Shown here: piece after piece, positions 10,128-18,652 of the stretch
Numbering within the stretch: position 1 is the first letter of the stretch
Layout of the letters: each line of letters opens with the position of its first letter
NCBI GenBank assembly: GCA_035544015.1
Contig: DATKIP010000093.1
Coordinates: 345,454-409,453 of the forward strand
DNA length: 64,000 nucleotides
Direction: 5' to 3'
Origin: Candidatus Saccharimonadia bacterium
GTDB taxonomy: Bacteria; Patescibacteriota; Saccharimonadia; UBA4664
Program-made: the position numbers and the translations under genes
Notes under the pieces: generated by a model
What the model was told of the DNA's origin: nothing
The model's database searches: none
The model's input: only the letters and a program-made list of their open reading frames with translations

Positions 10128-10694
10128 GTGTCAGCCATCCAGGCCGGACGCCGCACACCCTGGCGACTTATCGCCCTCGCGGCAGCCGGTGCAGCCCTCC
10201 TTGCGGTTGCCACCCATGGCACTCCCGCCAGCGCACCCCACACCGGATCCGCGGCCAAGCCAAACAGCGTCGCCACTCCCGAGATCACCGGCCACCGCCC
10301 GCCGCCGGCGCCCCAGGCCGCCACAACCACCCCACCCCGCCGCCCCGACCAACGCCTGTTTAGCGTGTCCGTCTGGTGGATCAATGCCCACGACGCAGGC
10401 GTACAGAGCCAAATAAGCGTCGGCGGCAATGCCTATAACGCCCCCATAACCCCGCACCCAGGCCCACACGGCATCGCCTACTTCACCGTCGCAGCCGCCT
10501 TTGAAGAGACGATTGATGTAATCACTAGCCGCACGTCGCGCTACGGCATCGTCGGCACCCTCAACTGCAGCATCACCGATCAGCGCGGCGAGATCATCGA
10601 CCTGCAGTGGGTCGACGACGGACGACAGGGACTAGCCCGGTGTCAAAAGCTGGTAGGCTGGGGCCCCAACCCCAATCGACGCATCAAGGGCTAG
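10128..10694 (+). CDS. small secreted Cys-pair protein, family member A
   Basis: GTG start with RBS gaggaag. Basic N-terminus, hydrophobic helix, P/T/A linker, then a domain with NCSITD...ARCQKL cysteines. Paralogy to the other members supports coding. Confidence 0.5.
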   Translation: MSAIQAGRRTPWRLIALAAAGAALLAVATHGTPASAPHTGSAAKPNSVATPEITGHRPPPAPQAATTTPPRRPDQRLFSVSVWWINAHDAGVQSQISVGGNAYNAPITPHPGPHGIAYFTVAAAFEETIDVITSRTSRYGIVGTLNCSITDQRGEIIDLQWVDDGRQGLARCQKLVGWGPNPNRRIKG

Positions 10695-10747
10695 ACCGGC
10701 ACGGCCGAGATATATTCCGCGAAACCCATCGCCTTCGCCGGAAAAAC

Positions 10748-10783
10748 CACCCAGGACGGCCCACCGCCGAGCCGTCCTGGGTG
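10748..10783 (+). terminator. GC-rich hairpin CCAGGACGGCCCACCGCCG-N-GCCGTCCTGG (terminator-like, family-conserved)
   Basis: Perfect inverted repeat directly after member A. Near-identical copies at 11498 and 19804. Confidence 0.5.
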
Positions 10784-10811
10784 TACCACCTTACAACCAA
10801 AATTATTCCAA

Positions 10812-10862
10812 TACGCTACACTAAACATTGTCTCGGCCCAAGCCGCGTTCTTGCACATCCCA
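10812..10862 (+). promoter_or_regulatory. conserved ~50-bp upstream element (TACACTAAACAttGTCTCGGCCCAAGCCGCGTTCTTGCACATCCCAAGCC), putative promoter/5'UTR of member B
   Basis: Near-identical copy at 11557..11610 upstream of member C. Contains a -10-like TACACT followed by GTCTCGG. Confidence 0.45.
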
Positions 10863-10892
10863 AGCCTCTTGTCGTCGTTAAGGAGAAGCGCA

Positions 10893-11453
10893 ATGGGTGG
10901 CACCCAAACCCCAACTCGCCGCCGAAACAGCGCCGCAGCAGTATTCGTAGTGGGCGCGTTGCTCATCGGCATCGGAGCCCTCACGGGCAACCTCACCCCT
11001 ACGAATCGGCCCAGCCCGCACGCCACACCGTCGGCCGTCATCGACGCCGAGCCAAGACCAAGCTTCCAGCCAGGGCCACGTGACCGCAGAAGCCACCTCT
11101 ACGACCTGGAGGTTTATCGAGTTAACGCTCCGACTGATATCGCCATCACCTACACGATAGGCGCAGTACTGCATCTAGTCTCACCGAGCGATCAGGCCCG
11201 TGAAACCACCGGAAACATCTGGAAACGACGCGTCACCGCCCGCAACGACGAGACGATTCTGCTAAGAGCTGTCCCGGTCACCCGCGGCGCCCACGTGCCC
11301 ACGCACATGCAGTGCAAAATCTGGCTCATCGTGGTGCGCGGAAAAGGCGAGGTACGTGGTTTTGTCGCAGAGGATCCACCACATAAAGCCACGGTAAACG
11401 CCAACCAGTCGGTGAGTTGCTCGACTCCCGTCGCAGGCCCGTACCCCGACTAA
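10893..11453 (+). CDS. small secreted Cys-pair protein, family member B
   Basis: RBS aaggaga then ATG. N-terminus MGGTQTPTRRRNSAAAVFVVGALLIGIG. Close paralog of C (YDLEVYRVNAP, RETTGNIWKRR, QCKIW...SCST). Confidence 0.65.
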   Translation: MGGTQTPTRRRNSAAAVFVVGALLIGIGALTGNLTPTNRPSPHATPSAVIDAEPRPSFQPGPRDRRSHLYDLEVYRVNAPTDIAITYTIGAVLHLVSPSDQARETTGNIWKRRVTARNDETILLRAVPVTRGAHVPTHMQCKIWLIVVRGKGEVRGFVAEDPPHKATVNANQSVSCSTPVAGPYPD

Positions 11454-11497
11454 TCACCGAGACGTCCACGCCGGCGAGGCCAAGCCCCGCCGAAACC

Positions 11498-11533
11498 ACC
11501 CAGGACGGCCCACCGCCGCGCCGTCCTGGGTGG
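11498..11533 (+). terminator. family hairpin CCAGGACGGCCCACCGCCGCGCCGTCCTGG
   Basis: Perfect inverted repeat after member B. Confidence 0.5.
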
Positions 11534-11639
11534 CCCACCCGCACCAAACCGCCGCAATACGTTACACTAAACAATGTCTCGGCCCAAGCCGCGTTCTTGC
11601 ACATCCCAAGCCATTTCTCACCACGAGGAGACCCCACCT

Positions 11640-12140
11640 ATGGGCAACACTCAGACCCCAACACGCCGAAAATTTGGCGGACTACTGCTCACAGCCGGCC
11701 TGTTGCTTGGCGCCGTGGTAATCACCAGCAACCACCCCATCGGTCAGCCTGAACCATCCGCCACCCCGACCGCCGTCATTGATGCCGCCCCCGGCCCGGA
11801 CGACAACCAGGTATACACCTACGACCTCGAGGTTTTGCGCGTTCACGCACCGTCTGGAATTTCCATTTCCTACTCCATCGGCGCCATACCGTACGTGGTC
11901 CCGGCGAAAGCCCAGAAGCGCGAAACCACCGGAAACCTCTGGAAACGACGGATAACGGTCATCAACAACGAACTCGTCGTCTTAACTGCCGCGCCCAATG
12001 CGCGGGGCGCCCATATCCCTACACACTTGCAGTGCCGAATCAAAGCCGTTATGAGCGCCCATGCCACCTTCCCTCTCTCCGAGGATCCGCCAGGTAGAGC
12101 TACCACAAACGCCAGCGAAACGGTGAGTTGTTCGATCTAG
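11640..12140 (+). CDS. small secreted Cys-pair protein, family member C
   Basis: RBS aggag then ATG. N-terminus MGNTQTPTRRKFGGLLLTAGLLLGAVV. Paralog of B (YDLEVLRVHAP, RETTGNLWKRR, QCRIK...SCSI). Confidence 0.65.
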   Translation: MGNTQTPTRRKFGGLLLTAGLLLGAVVITSNHPIGQPEPSATPTAVIDAAPGPDDNQVYTYDLEVLRVHAPSGISISYSIGAIPYVVPAKAQKRETTGNLWKRRITVINNELVVLTAAPNARGAHIPTHLQCRIKAVMSAHATFPLSEDPPGRATTNASETVSCSI

Positions 12141-12161
12141 CAATCGCGACGGCGCCGAGAC

Positions 12162-12195
12162 ACCGCCGGGGATGGCGCAACGACGCCCCATCCCC
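12162..12195 (+). terminator. hairpin CCGGGGATGG-loop-CCATCCCCGG after member C
   Basis: 10-bp perfect stem. Confidence 0.45.
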
Positions 12196-12224
12196 GGCGC
12201 CGAACCCGAACATAAATCCAACAA

Positions 12225-12290
12225 AATAAAGACCCGAGACTCATTCGCGCAGTGGGTGGTCACCGCACGAAAAAGCTCGGGTCTTTATTA
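12225..12290. repeat. long inverted repeat AATAAAGACCCGAG...CTCGGGTCTTTATT (14-bp perfect arms, ~37-nt loop)
   Basis: Seen in sequence. Borders a ~270-bp low-GC island (12290..12560) upstream of dprA. Confidence 0.5.
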
Positions 12291-12503
12291 CACCCTTCAA
12301 CCTCACCTCGGGGGCGTTTTATGCGAAACGCGTATAGCGTAACGGGTGTGAAGGGACTAATCCGCCTGCAGTGAATAGCTAAAGGAGGGTGCATTTAGAT
12401 ATTCTTACAGGCGAATTAGTGGTATGTTGAGGTGGTTCTTGCCTACGCATTGCAGGCATAACTAAGATGCTAACACACTTTACGGATTCTGTCAACAATA
12501 ATT

Positions 12504-13352
12504 ATGCAAATCTCTAACATTTCTCACAACTCAAACTCGTTTCCAGATATACTCAGGCAAATTACCGAACCGCCCAGAAGCATAAACGTTTTAGGAACTT
12601 TGCCCAAAGACTCCATGGTAGCGGTCGTCGGCACGCGCCGGCCCACCGCTTACGGCGAACGCGTCACCTACCAAATAGCAGGGGAGTTGGCCAAGGCCGG
12701 CGCCGTCATCGTGAGCGGCCTAGCGATCGGCGTGGATTCCATCGCTCACCGCGCCGCCCTCGATGCCGGCGGCCGCACCGTGGCCGTACTAGCTCACGGT
12801 CTCGACCGCATCTACCCGCCCCGCCACCGCGGCCTGGCCAAAGAGATTCTCGCCTCCGGCGGTGCGCTGGTTTCTGAGTACGACATTGGCACCCCGGCCC
12901 ACAAACACCACTTCGTGGAGCGCAACCGCCTCATCGCCGGCCTGTGCGCCGCCACCATCGTGACCGAAGCCGCCACCAAAAGCGGCTCGCTCATCACCGC
13001 CCACCGCGCCGCCAAATACAACCGGCTCGTGATGGCCGTGCCCGGCAACATCACCTCCGTCTACTCAGCCGGCCCCAACAATCTGATCCGCACCAATATT
13101 GCCACCCCCATCACTTCCACGGCCGATGCCATCGTAGCGCTGGGCTTCCACGCCCGCGAGGCTGTGCCCGTGTCGGCCCAAAGCCCCGACGAAGCCAAAA
13201 TCCTCGAGCTCCTCGAAGGCGGCGCCAGCAATAGCGAAGACCTCATCGCCGGCGGCAATTTCAGCGCCGCCCAATTTGCCAACATCATCAGCCTCATGGA
13301 AATCACCGGCAAGGTCCGCAACCTCGGCGCCGGACAATGGGTGGTGCGGTAA
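12504..13352 (+). CDS. dprA: DNA processing protein A (DNA-uptake/recombination mediator)
   Basis: DprA Rossmann-like core (VAVVGTRRPTAYGERVT...SGLAIGVDSIAHRAAL...GGRTVAVLAHGLD). Confidence 0.85.
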   Translation: MQISNISHNSNSFPDILRQITEPPRSINVLGTLPKDSMVAVVGTRRPTAYGERVTYQIAGELAKAGAVIVSGLAIGVDSIAHRAALDAGGRTVAVLAHGLDRIYPPRHRGLAKEILASGGALVSEYDIGTPAHKHHFVERNRLIAGLCAATIVTEAATKSGSLITAHRAAKYNRLVMAVPGNITSVYSAGPNNLIRTNIATPITSTADAIVALGFHAREAVPVSAQSPDEAKILELLEGGASNSEDLIAGGNFSAAQFANIISLMEITGKVRNLGAGQWVVR

Positions 13353-13427
13353 GCATTTGGCTGTCCGCTCCCGCATGATTTACACTGGTACCCGTCTCGT
13401 TGTTTCCCGTCCAAGAGAGCAGGATGC

Positions 13428-13988
13428 ATGGCCACCAAGACCACCAGCACGCCCAGCCGAGCGAGAGGGCGGGTCCGCGCCGTCCTACTGTCTTTGATCC
13501 TCCTCGCTGGCGTCATCACGCTGGGTTCGCAAGTCACCATTAGCAAGAATCCCGCCCTGCCCAGCGAGAGCCCGCAGCCGGCCCAAACGACCTGTGTTCC
13601 GCCGCCGGGAGCCAAGACCTGCAAACCCGATCCCAAGCTCTATGTCGTCCTGGTGAAATGGAGCGGCCTCGACGGTAAACCCGAGGGGCCGGACATCAAG
13701 GTCGCGCCCGAACCACTCGTAGCCGACTCCGCCCCGGTCATCGACGCAGGACGCTGGGTAGCCATCACGACGGCCAATCCCACTGCCGCCAGCAAATTTG
13801 CGGTCACGGTCGGAGTGAGCGCGAAGAAGACTCCGCGAAAGATCGAGCAGGCCCAGACCAGCTGCCGTGTTTTTCCATTCACCGGAACCCAAATCACACT
13901 CCGCGCAGCCGAGGCCAGCATCGCCGGAAGTGACCCGATCACCACTGGCACAGGCAGTGATGTAACTCGCTGCCTGGTACCCCGGTAA
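13428..13988 (+). CDS. small secreted four-Cys protein, family member D (D/E/F subfamily)
   Basis: N-terminus basic plus LLSLILLAGVITL. Cys pair TTCVPPPGAKTCKP plus C-terminal SCRVF...RCLVPR. Shares LYVVLVKWSG / VAPEPL / WVAITTANP blocks with E and F. Confidence 0.6.
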   Translation: MATKTTSTPSRARGRVRAVLLSLILLAGVITLGSQVTISKNPALPSESPQPAQTTCVPPPGAKTCKPDPKLYVVLVKWSGLDGKPEGPDIKVAPEPLVADSAPVIDAGRWVAITTANPTAASKFAVTVGVSAKKTPRKIEQAQTSCRVFPFTGTQITLRAAEASIAGSDPITTGTGSDVTRCLVPR

Positions 13989-14011
13989 TCCGCAGGTACG
14001 AGACGCTCTGC

Positions 14012-14042
14012 CCGGAGGAACGGCCACGAACCGTTCCTCCGG
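14012..14042 (+). terminator. family hairpin CCGGAGGAACGGCCACGAACCGTTCCTCCGG
   Basis: Perfect inverted repeat after D, followed by the conserved GGCACCACC. Confidence 0.5.
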
Positions 14043-14155
14043 GGCACCACCAACTATTCGCTAGCCATAAACCAATCCTTGGCACTACAATAATTTCGTC
14101 TCGTGTCGCTCAGGAAAGCTCGTTCACATCCACGACCCAAGGGAGCTCCCACTCC

Positions 14156-14752
14156 ATGCCCAACGAGCAGCAAACACGCGGGATCAGCGCCGCAGGAGCT
14201 GCTGTCTTCGTCATCGGCCTCATCGCCATAGTAGGCCTAGCCGGTAACAACGATTCCGACAGCCGCCCGTCATCCTGTGGCCAGAAGCCAATAACCCATT
14301 CCGGAATTCCCGGAGCCCGCTTCACGAAGTTCGACTGCCTCCCGGGAGCTACCGCGCTCCCGGCTGTCACCCGGGCCCAGCGCGACCAAGAACTATACCT
14401 GGTCCTAGCCGGCTGGAAGGGCACCTCCAACGCCACCATCGGAGTCGTCCCTCCGCCCCTCGCCTCCACGGACTCGCTCTTCCAGGTCAGTGGCAATGAG
14501 GGCCTATGGTTTGGCCTGACCACCGCCAACACCAACCCTGCCATCAAGAATAGTAAGGGGAAGCCGGTGAAAGTCAGGGTGGTCATCCAAGCCAACCTCA
14601 GGGTAGGCAGCCGTTTGACCTGCGCCATCTATCGCATAACGAACTTCGACACACCCGGAAATGTTGCCAGTCAACACCGGCTGGAGCACAAAGAGTTCCA
14701 CCCCGACCGGCCTCTACGCAACCCGACCTTGGAATGCAGCATTCCCCTCTAG
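14156..14752 (+). CDS. small secreted four-Cys protein, family member E
   Basis: RBS aagggag. LYLVLAGWKG, VVPPPL, WFGLTTANT blocks. Cysteines SSCG...FDCLPG and TCAIYRITN...ECSIPL. Confidence 0.6.
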   Translation: MPNEQQTRGISAAGAAVFVIGLIAIVGLAGNNDSDSRPSSCGQKPITHSGIPGARFTKFDCLPGATALPAVTRAQRDQELYLVLAGWKGTSNATIGVVPPPLASTDSLFQVSGNEGLWFGLTTANTNPAIKNSKGKPVKVRVVIQANLRVGSRLTCAIYRITNFDTPGNVASQHRLEHKEFHPDRPLRNPTLECSIPL

Positions 14753-14779
14753 CACCAGCGGCACGAGACACCCGCACCA

Positions 14780-14814
14780 CCCGAGAACGGCGCCCTCCAG
14801 CGTCGTTCTCGGGG
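14780..14814 (+). terminator. family hairpin CCCGAGAACGGCGCC...CGTCGTTCTCGGGG
   Basis: Inverted repeat after E. 3' flank conserved with the F copy. Confidence 0.5.
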
Positions 14815-14860
14815 CACCACCCACCTAGGCGCTCCTTCACCCCAATCGGAAGGATCCATC

Positions 14861-15502
14861 GTGTCGAGAAGCCGAACAGCAGCGAAAGCACGCCTTCTTG
14901 TGATGGCGCTGATCGGAGCCAGTCTGGTCATCGGCACCACCCAAGTTGGCCGGATGCTTCCCGGCAGCAATGCGGACGCCTGCCCCGTCGCCACCCCCAA
15001 TCCCGCCGACAGCGGCGTGGTGGTAGTCGGAGCCAACGACTGCATCCCCCGGATGCCGCCAGTCCCCAAATCCATCAGAGACCGAGAGCTCTTCGTGGTC
15101 GTGGCTGGCTGGAGCAATCTCTTCGGGGTTCCCTACGAGACCGGCGTCAGCATCAATGTATCGCCGCCACCGCTCGGAATGACCGAACGCACCATTCGCC
15201 TGCCGCAACCTACAGGACACTGGTACGGCGTCACCATCGGCGCCCAACCCGGCGACATACCAGATTTCAAAGACAACAACTACCGGGTCCTCATGGGAGT
15301 GGGGGCTTCAGACGCCACCCACAAACACCACCCCAACTCCGGCCTGGCCTGCGGCATCTATCGCCTCACCACACCCGATGCACCCGAAAACAGCATCGTG
15401 CGAGCAAATTTTCTCAGCGGAGAAATCTCCACTCCCGCAGAAGAGGCCCCCCCCGATTATTCATTGCCGGTATCCCAACCGCAAGTAACGCCAGCGGCCT
15501 GA
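14861..15502 (+). CDS. small secreted four-Cys protein, family member F
   Basis: RBS ggaagga. LFVVVAGWSN, VSPPPL, WYGVTIGAQ blocks. Cysteines ADACP...NDCIP and ACGIYRLTT. Confidence 0.6.
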   Translation: MSRSRTAAKARLLVMALIGASLVIGTTQVGRMLPGSNADACPVATPNPADSGVVVVGANDCIPRMPPVPKSIRDRELFVVVAGWSNLFGVPYETGVSINVSPPPLGMTERTIRLPQPTGHWYGVTIGAQPGDIPDFKDNNYRVLMGVGASDATHKHHPNSGLACGIYRLTTPDAPENSIVRANFLSGEISTPAEEAPPDYSLPVSQPQVTPAA

Positions 15503-15521
15503 GCACGAGACGCCCGCACCA

Positions 15522-15558
15522 CCCGGGAACGGCGCCACACAGCGGTGCCGTTCCCGGG
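15522..15558 (+). terminator. family hairpin CCCGGGAACGGCGCC...GGTGCCGTTCCCGGG
   Basis: Inverted repeat after F. Confidence 0.5.
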
Positions 15559-15602
15559 GCACCACCGCTTGAACCCGCGCCCATACCTGCTACAATATCA
15601 AA

Positions 15603-16559
15603 ATGAAGTTTTGGCAACAGCTACCGCAGCCGTTCTTTGTGCTAGCCCCCATGGACGACGTCACCGACGTGGTTTTTCGGCAGCTCATAGCCGAAATCGC
15701 GCCACCAGACGTCTTCATGACCGAATTCGTCTCGGTGGACGGCCTCCAATCAGCCGGCCGCACCGTCACGCTCGAACGCCTGCGCATCGCCCCCGGCAGC
15801 GCCAGCAACCTCGTGGCCCAAATCTGGGGCAACGACCCCGAGCGCTTCTACCGTTCCGCCCAAGACATCGCCGCGCTGGGCTTCGCCGGCATCGACATCA
15901 ACATGGGCTGCCCCGAGAAGGGGATTGTAGCCCGCGGCTGCGGTGGCGGCCTCATCGGCCACCCCGACGCCGCGGCCGACATCATCGCCGCCACCAAGGC
16001 CGGCGCGCCCCATCTGCCCGTCAGCGTCAAGACTCGCCTCGGCCTCGGCCAACCCATCACCGAAGACTGGGCTGGCTTCCTGCTCGGCCAAGACCTTGCC
16101 GCCCTCACCATCCACGGCCGGACCGTGCGCGAAATGAGCAAAGTCCCGGCGCACTGGGACGAAATCGCCAAAGTAGTGCGCCTACGCAACCAACTGGCCG
16201 TGCCCACCAAGATCATCGGCAACGGCGACATCGAAAGCCGCGCCCACGGCCTGCAATTGGCCTCAGACACCGGCGTCGACGGCCTCATGATCGGCCGTGG
16301 CATCTTCCACGACCCCTTCATCTTCGACCCCGCCCAGGCCACCGCTGACCCCCAAAAACGCCTCGCCATCCTCCTCCGCCACGTCGAGCTCTACGAGCAG
16401 TGGGGGAGTACCAAGTCGTTCCAAACCCTGAAGAAATTCTTCAAAATCTATGCCAACTCCTGGCCCGGCGCCGCCGAACTGCGCGCCGAACTCATGGAGA
16501 CTTCCATGCCAGCGCAGACACGAGGCATTATTGCCGCACATTTAGGAAAAATCCAGTAG
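15603..16559 (+). CDS. dus: tRNA-dihydrouridine synthase
   Basis: Dus/TIM-barrel motifs FVLAPMDDVTDVVFR and GIDINMGCPEK. Confidence 0.85.
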   Translation: MKFWQQLPQPFFVLAPMDDVTDVVFRQLIAEIAPPDVFMTEFVSVDGLQSAGRTVTLERLRIAPGSASNLVAQIWGNDPERFYRSAQDIAALGFAGIDINMGCPEKGIVARGCGGGLIGHPDAAADIIAATKAGAPHLPVSVKTRLGLGQPITEDWAGFLLGQDLAALTIHGRTVREMSKVPAHWDEIAKVVRLRNQLAVPTKIIGNGDIESRAHGLQLASDTGVDGLMIGRGIFHDPFIFDPAQATADPQKRLAILLRHVELYEQWGSTKSFQTLKKFFKIYANSWPGAAELRAELMETSMPAQTRGIIAAHLGKIQ

Positions 16560-16580
16560 AATAATTCACGTCTCGTACAG
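16548..16580 (+). promoter_or_regulatory. putative promoter of member G (TAGAATAAT -10-like box followed by CACGTCTCGTACA); overlaps the last codons of dus
   Basis: Motif shared with the upstream regions of H, E and N. Confidence 0.4.
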
Positions 16581-16628
16581 CCTGAGACGTCCTTCCCATC
16601 CCAACGGTTGCCCCAGGAGGCAAACAAA

Positions 16629-17213
16629 ATGAGCCGCACCGCCCAGCGCGGAGTGATTGCCCGGATCGGTGGCCTCTTGTTCACAGTCGTGGCGCTCTTA
16701 GCCGGCACTGTAGCGATCATGAGCTCGACCGGCACCAAGACCTGCAAGTCCGCACCGGCCCCCGCTCCAGCCGTCCAGTTGGCAGCCCAAACCGCCGCGG
16801 CCCCCGAGAGCACCCGGTACGTCTTCTTGGCCCAATGGACTCGCTTCCAGCCCAACGAAGTCAACATTCTCTACACCGACTACCTGGAAGATGGCCACCC
16901 GCGCAAGCAGATCGTCCTCGACACTGACAAGGGCCCCAGCAGCTGGAAGACCGTGATCACCGCGCCAAACGGCAGCAAGCCCACGCTCGAGATCACGCCG
17001 CCCCCCTGGGCCTGCAACGATGTCCATGGGCTCACCAAAGGCGCCTCTGTGAGCTGTGTCGTTTACCTGGTCAGCACCAGCAAGCCGGAAGACAGCATGA
17101 TCCCGTCCAACGTCCAGGCCCGTGCCACCAACACGACCGGACAAAGCGCAATTTGCAAGGACTTCACCGCCGGGAAGCGGAAGCACGCCTCAGAACTCGA
17201 TCCCGAGCACTAG
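16629..17213 (+). CDS. small secreted Cys-containing protein, family member G
   Basis: RBS aggagg, spacer 8 nt, ATG. MSRTAQRGVIARIGGLLFTVVALLAG...TGTKTCKSAP. C-terminal WACND...SCVVYLVS...ICKDF. Confidence 0.6.
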   Translation: MSRTAQRGVIARIGGLLFTVVALLAGTVAIMSSTGTKTCKSAPAPAPAVQLAAQTAAAPESTRYVFLAQWTRFQPNEVNILYTDYLEDGHPRKQIVLDTDKGPSSWKTVITAPNGSKPTLEITPPPWACNDVHGLTKGASVSCVVYLVSTSKPEDSMIPSNVQARATNTTGQSAICKDFTAGKRKHASELDPEH

Positions 17214-17261
17214 CCGGGCACCGCGTACATCCGAGACTGTCCCGCCGAGGCACAGCACCCC

Positions 17262-17300
17262 GGCACGGGGGCCGCAATGGCGCAAAACAGCGCCATCGCG
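17262..17300 (+). terminator. hairpin GGCCGCAATGGCGC-loop-GCGCCATCGCGGCC after member G
   Basis: Near-perfect 14-bp inverted repeat. Sibling copy at 18508. Confidence 0.5.
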
Positions 17301-17407
17301 GCCCCCCGCACCATCGTCCCAACCCCAGCACCCGTCCGTCGCTCTAGCAGCCCTTTCACAACCACGGCCACGCAAAGCCCCATCAGCCACCCAGCGAGCG
17401 TCAGATC

Positions 17408-17725
17408 GTGCTCCGATTGGCCTGGCGGCAAGCCCCCGACGGCGTCACCATCCGCTACCGGATCGGCCACCAGCGCGAAATCACCATAACCGACGGCCGG
17501 CACGAACACGAAGGGCTTGAGTTTCCCGTCCCCGCCGAAATCGGCGACGAGATCAAGCTTTCTATCACGCCGGTCTTCGAAAACGAATTCACCCCCACGA
17601 ACGTGCGCTGCTTCATCTACCAGATCAAGTTCGGCCGACGCATCGAGGGGCACGTGGATCCGCCACACGGCTATACCCCCGACGCGCTTGAATCTGCCCA
17701 CTGCAAGTGGGTAGTCACGCCCTAG
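17408..17725 (+). pseudogene. N-terminally truncated remnant of the small Cys-pair family (domain only, no anchor or signal)
   Basis: Carries the family C-terminal hallmarks (RCFIYQIKF...HCKWVVTP). The upstream region is occupied by the G hairpin. A P/T/A linker-like stretch is present in another frame (17277 ORF), implying frameshift or deletion decay. Confidence 0.35.
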
Positions 17726-17823
17726 CCGGTTCGGGGACGGCGGCATCACCGTCGTCCCCGAACCCCCAAATCTATTGAAATCCGCGCCGTCCCGAGGCCA
17801 AACCTCAAAAACCCTTTTAAGCA

Positions 17824-17858
17824 AAAATCCAGTAGAATAATTCACGTCTCGTACAACG
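17824..17858 (+). promoter_or_regulatory. putative promoter of member H (TAGAATAAT...CACGTCTCGTACA), part of a ~130-bp duplicated block
   Basis: Near-identical to 16548..16580 including AAAAATCCAGTAG, which is the terminal KIQ-stop of dus at the G locus. Confidence 0.4.
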
Positions 17859-17903
17859 TGAGGCTTCTTTCCATCCCAACTTTTGCCCCAGGAGGCAGAC
17901 AAC

Positions 17904-18461
17904 ATGACTCGCACCGCCCGGCGCGGAGTGATTGCTCGGATCGGTGGCCCCGTGGTCACGGTCTCAATACTAGCGATCGGAGCCATAGTGATCGCCAACT
18001 CAACCGGCACCAAGACCTGCAAGTCCGCACCGGGCCCCGCTACTCCGGCCACCACCAAGCCCGCATCGGCCTCCAGCGACTGCTCCACCCCACCCGGCTC
18101 CCAGACCACCGCTCTTCGGCATGTCCACACGTACTACGGCACCTCCACAAAAACCGGCTACGCTATGGGCGCCCAGTACCAAGTCGGGCCGATTAGCGGC
18201 AATATACTCCCGTTCTCTCGCGGCAAGCGCGAAGCCAGCTGGACCGGCCTACTCACCGCCTTCGAAGGCGACCCACTCACAATCGACATCACCGGGGTCG
18301 GCGACGCTAACCCGACAGCCAAAGTCGCGTGCGCCTTCTACCGCATCACCGACCCGGCCAATCTCAGGGCCAACGCCGTACCTGCCAACCTCGTCGGAGT
18401 ACCCCAGTCCGGCACGGGCCCAAAGGGCCACGCCCACTGCGAAATAATCTCCGGCGAGTAG
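17904..18461 (+). CDS. small secreted four-Cys protein, family member H
   Basis: RBS ggagg then ATG. MTRTARRGVIARIGGPVVTV...TGTKTCKSAP (N-terminus near-identical to G). CST...ACAFYRITD...HCEIISGE. Confidence 0.6.
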   Translation: MTRTARRGVIARIGGPVVTVSILAIGAIVIANSTGTKTCKSAPGPATPATTKPASASSDCSTPPGSQTTALRHVHTYYGTSTKTGYAMGAQYQVGPISGNILPFSRGKREASWTGLLTAFEGDPLTIDITGVGDANPTAKVACAFYRITDPANLRANAVPANLVGVPQSGTGPKGHAHCEIISGE

Positions 18462-18507
18462 TCCCTCACGCCACCCGAGACACCCCGCCGAGGCACAACG
18501 CCCCGGC

Positions 18508-18545
18508 GCAGAGGCCGCAATGGCGCAGCGTTGCGCCATTGCGGC
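18508..18545 (+). terminator. hairpin GGCCGCAATGGCGCAGCGTTGCGCCATTGCGGCC after member H
   Basis: Perfect 15-bp palindrome. Confidence 0.55.
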
Positions 18546-18652
18546 CCACCCGCACCCTGCATTGATATTAAAAATCCGACATTATGCCGTAAAATTAAGT
18601 CGTCTCGCGTCCAGCCCCGCAGCACCCCACAATCCACCACCGGAGGACTTCT

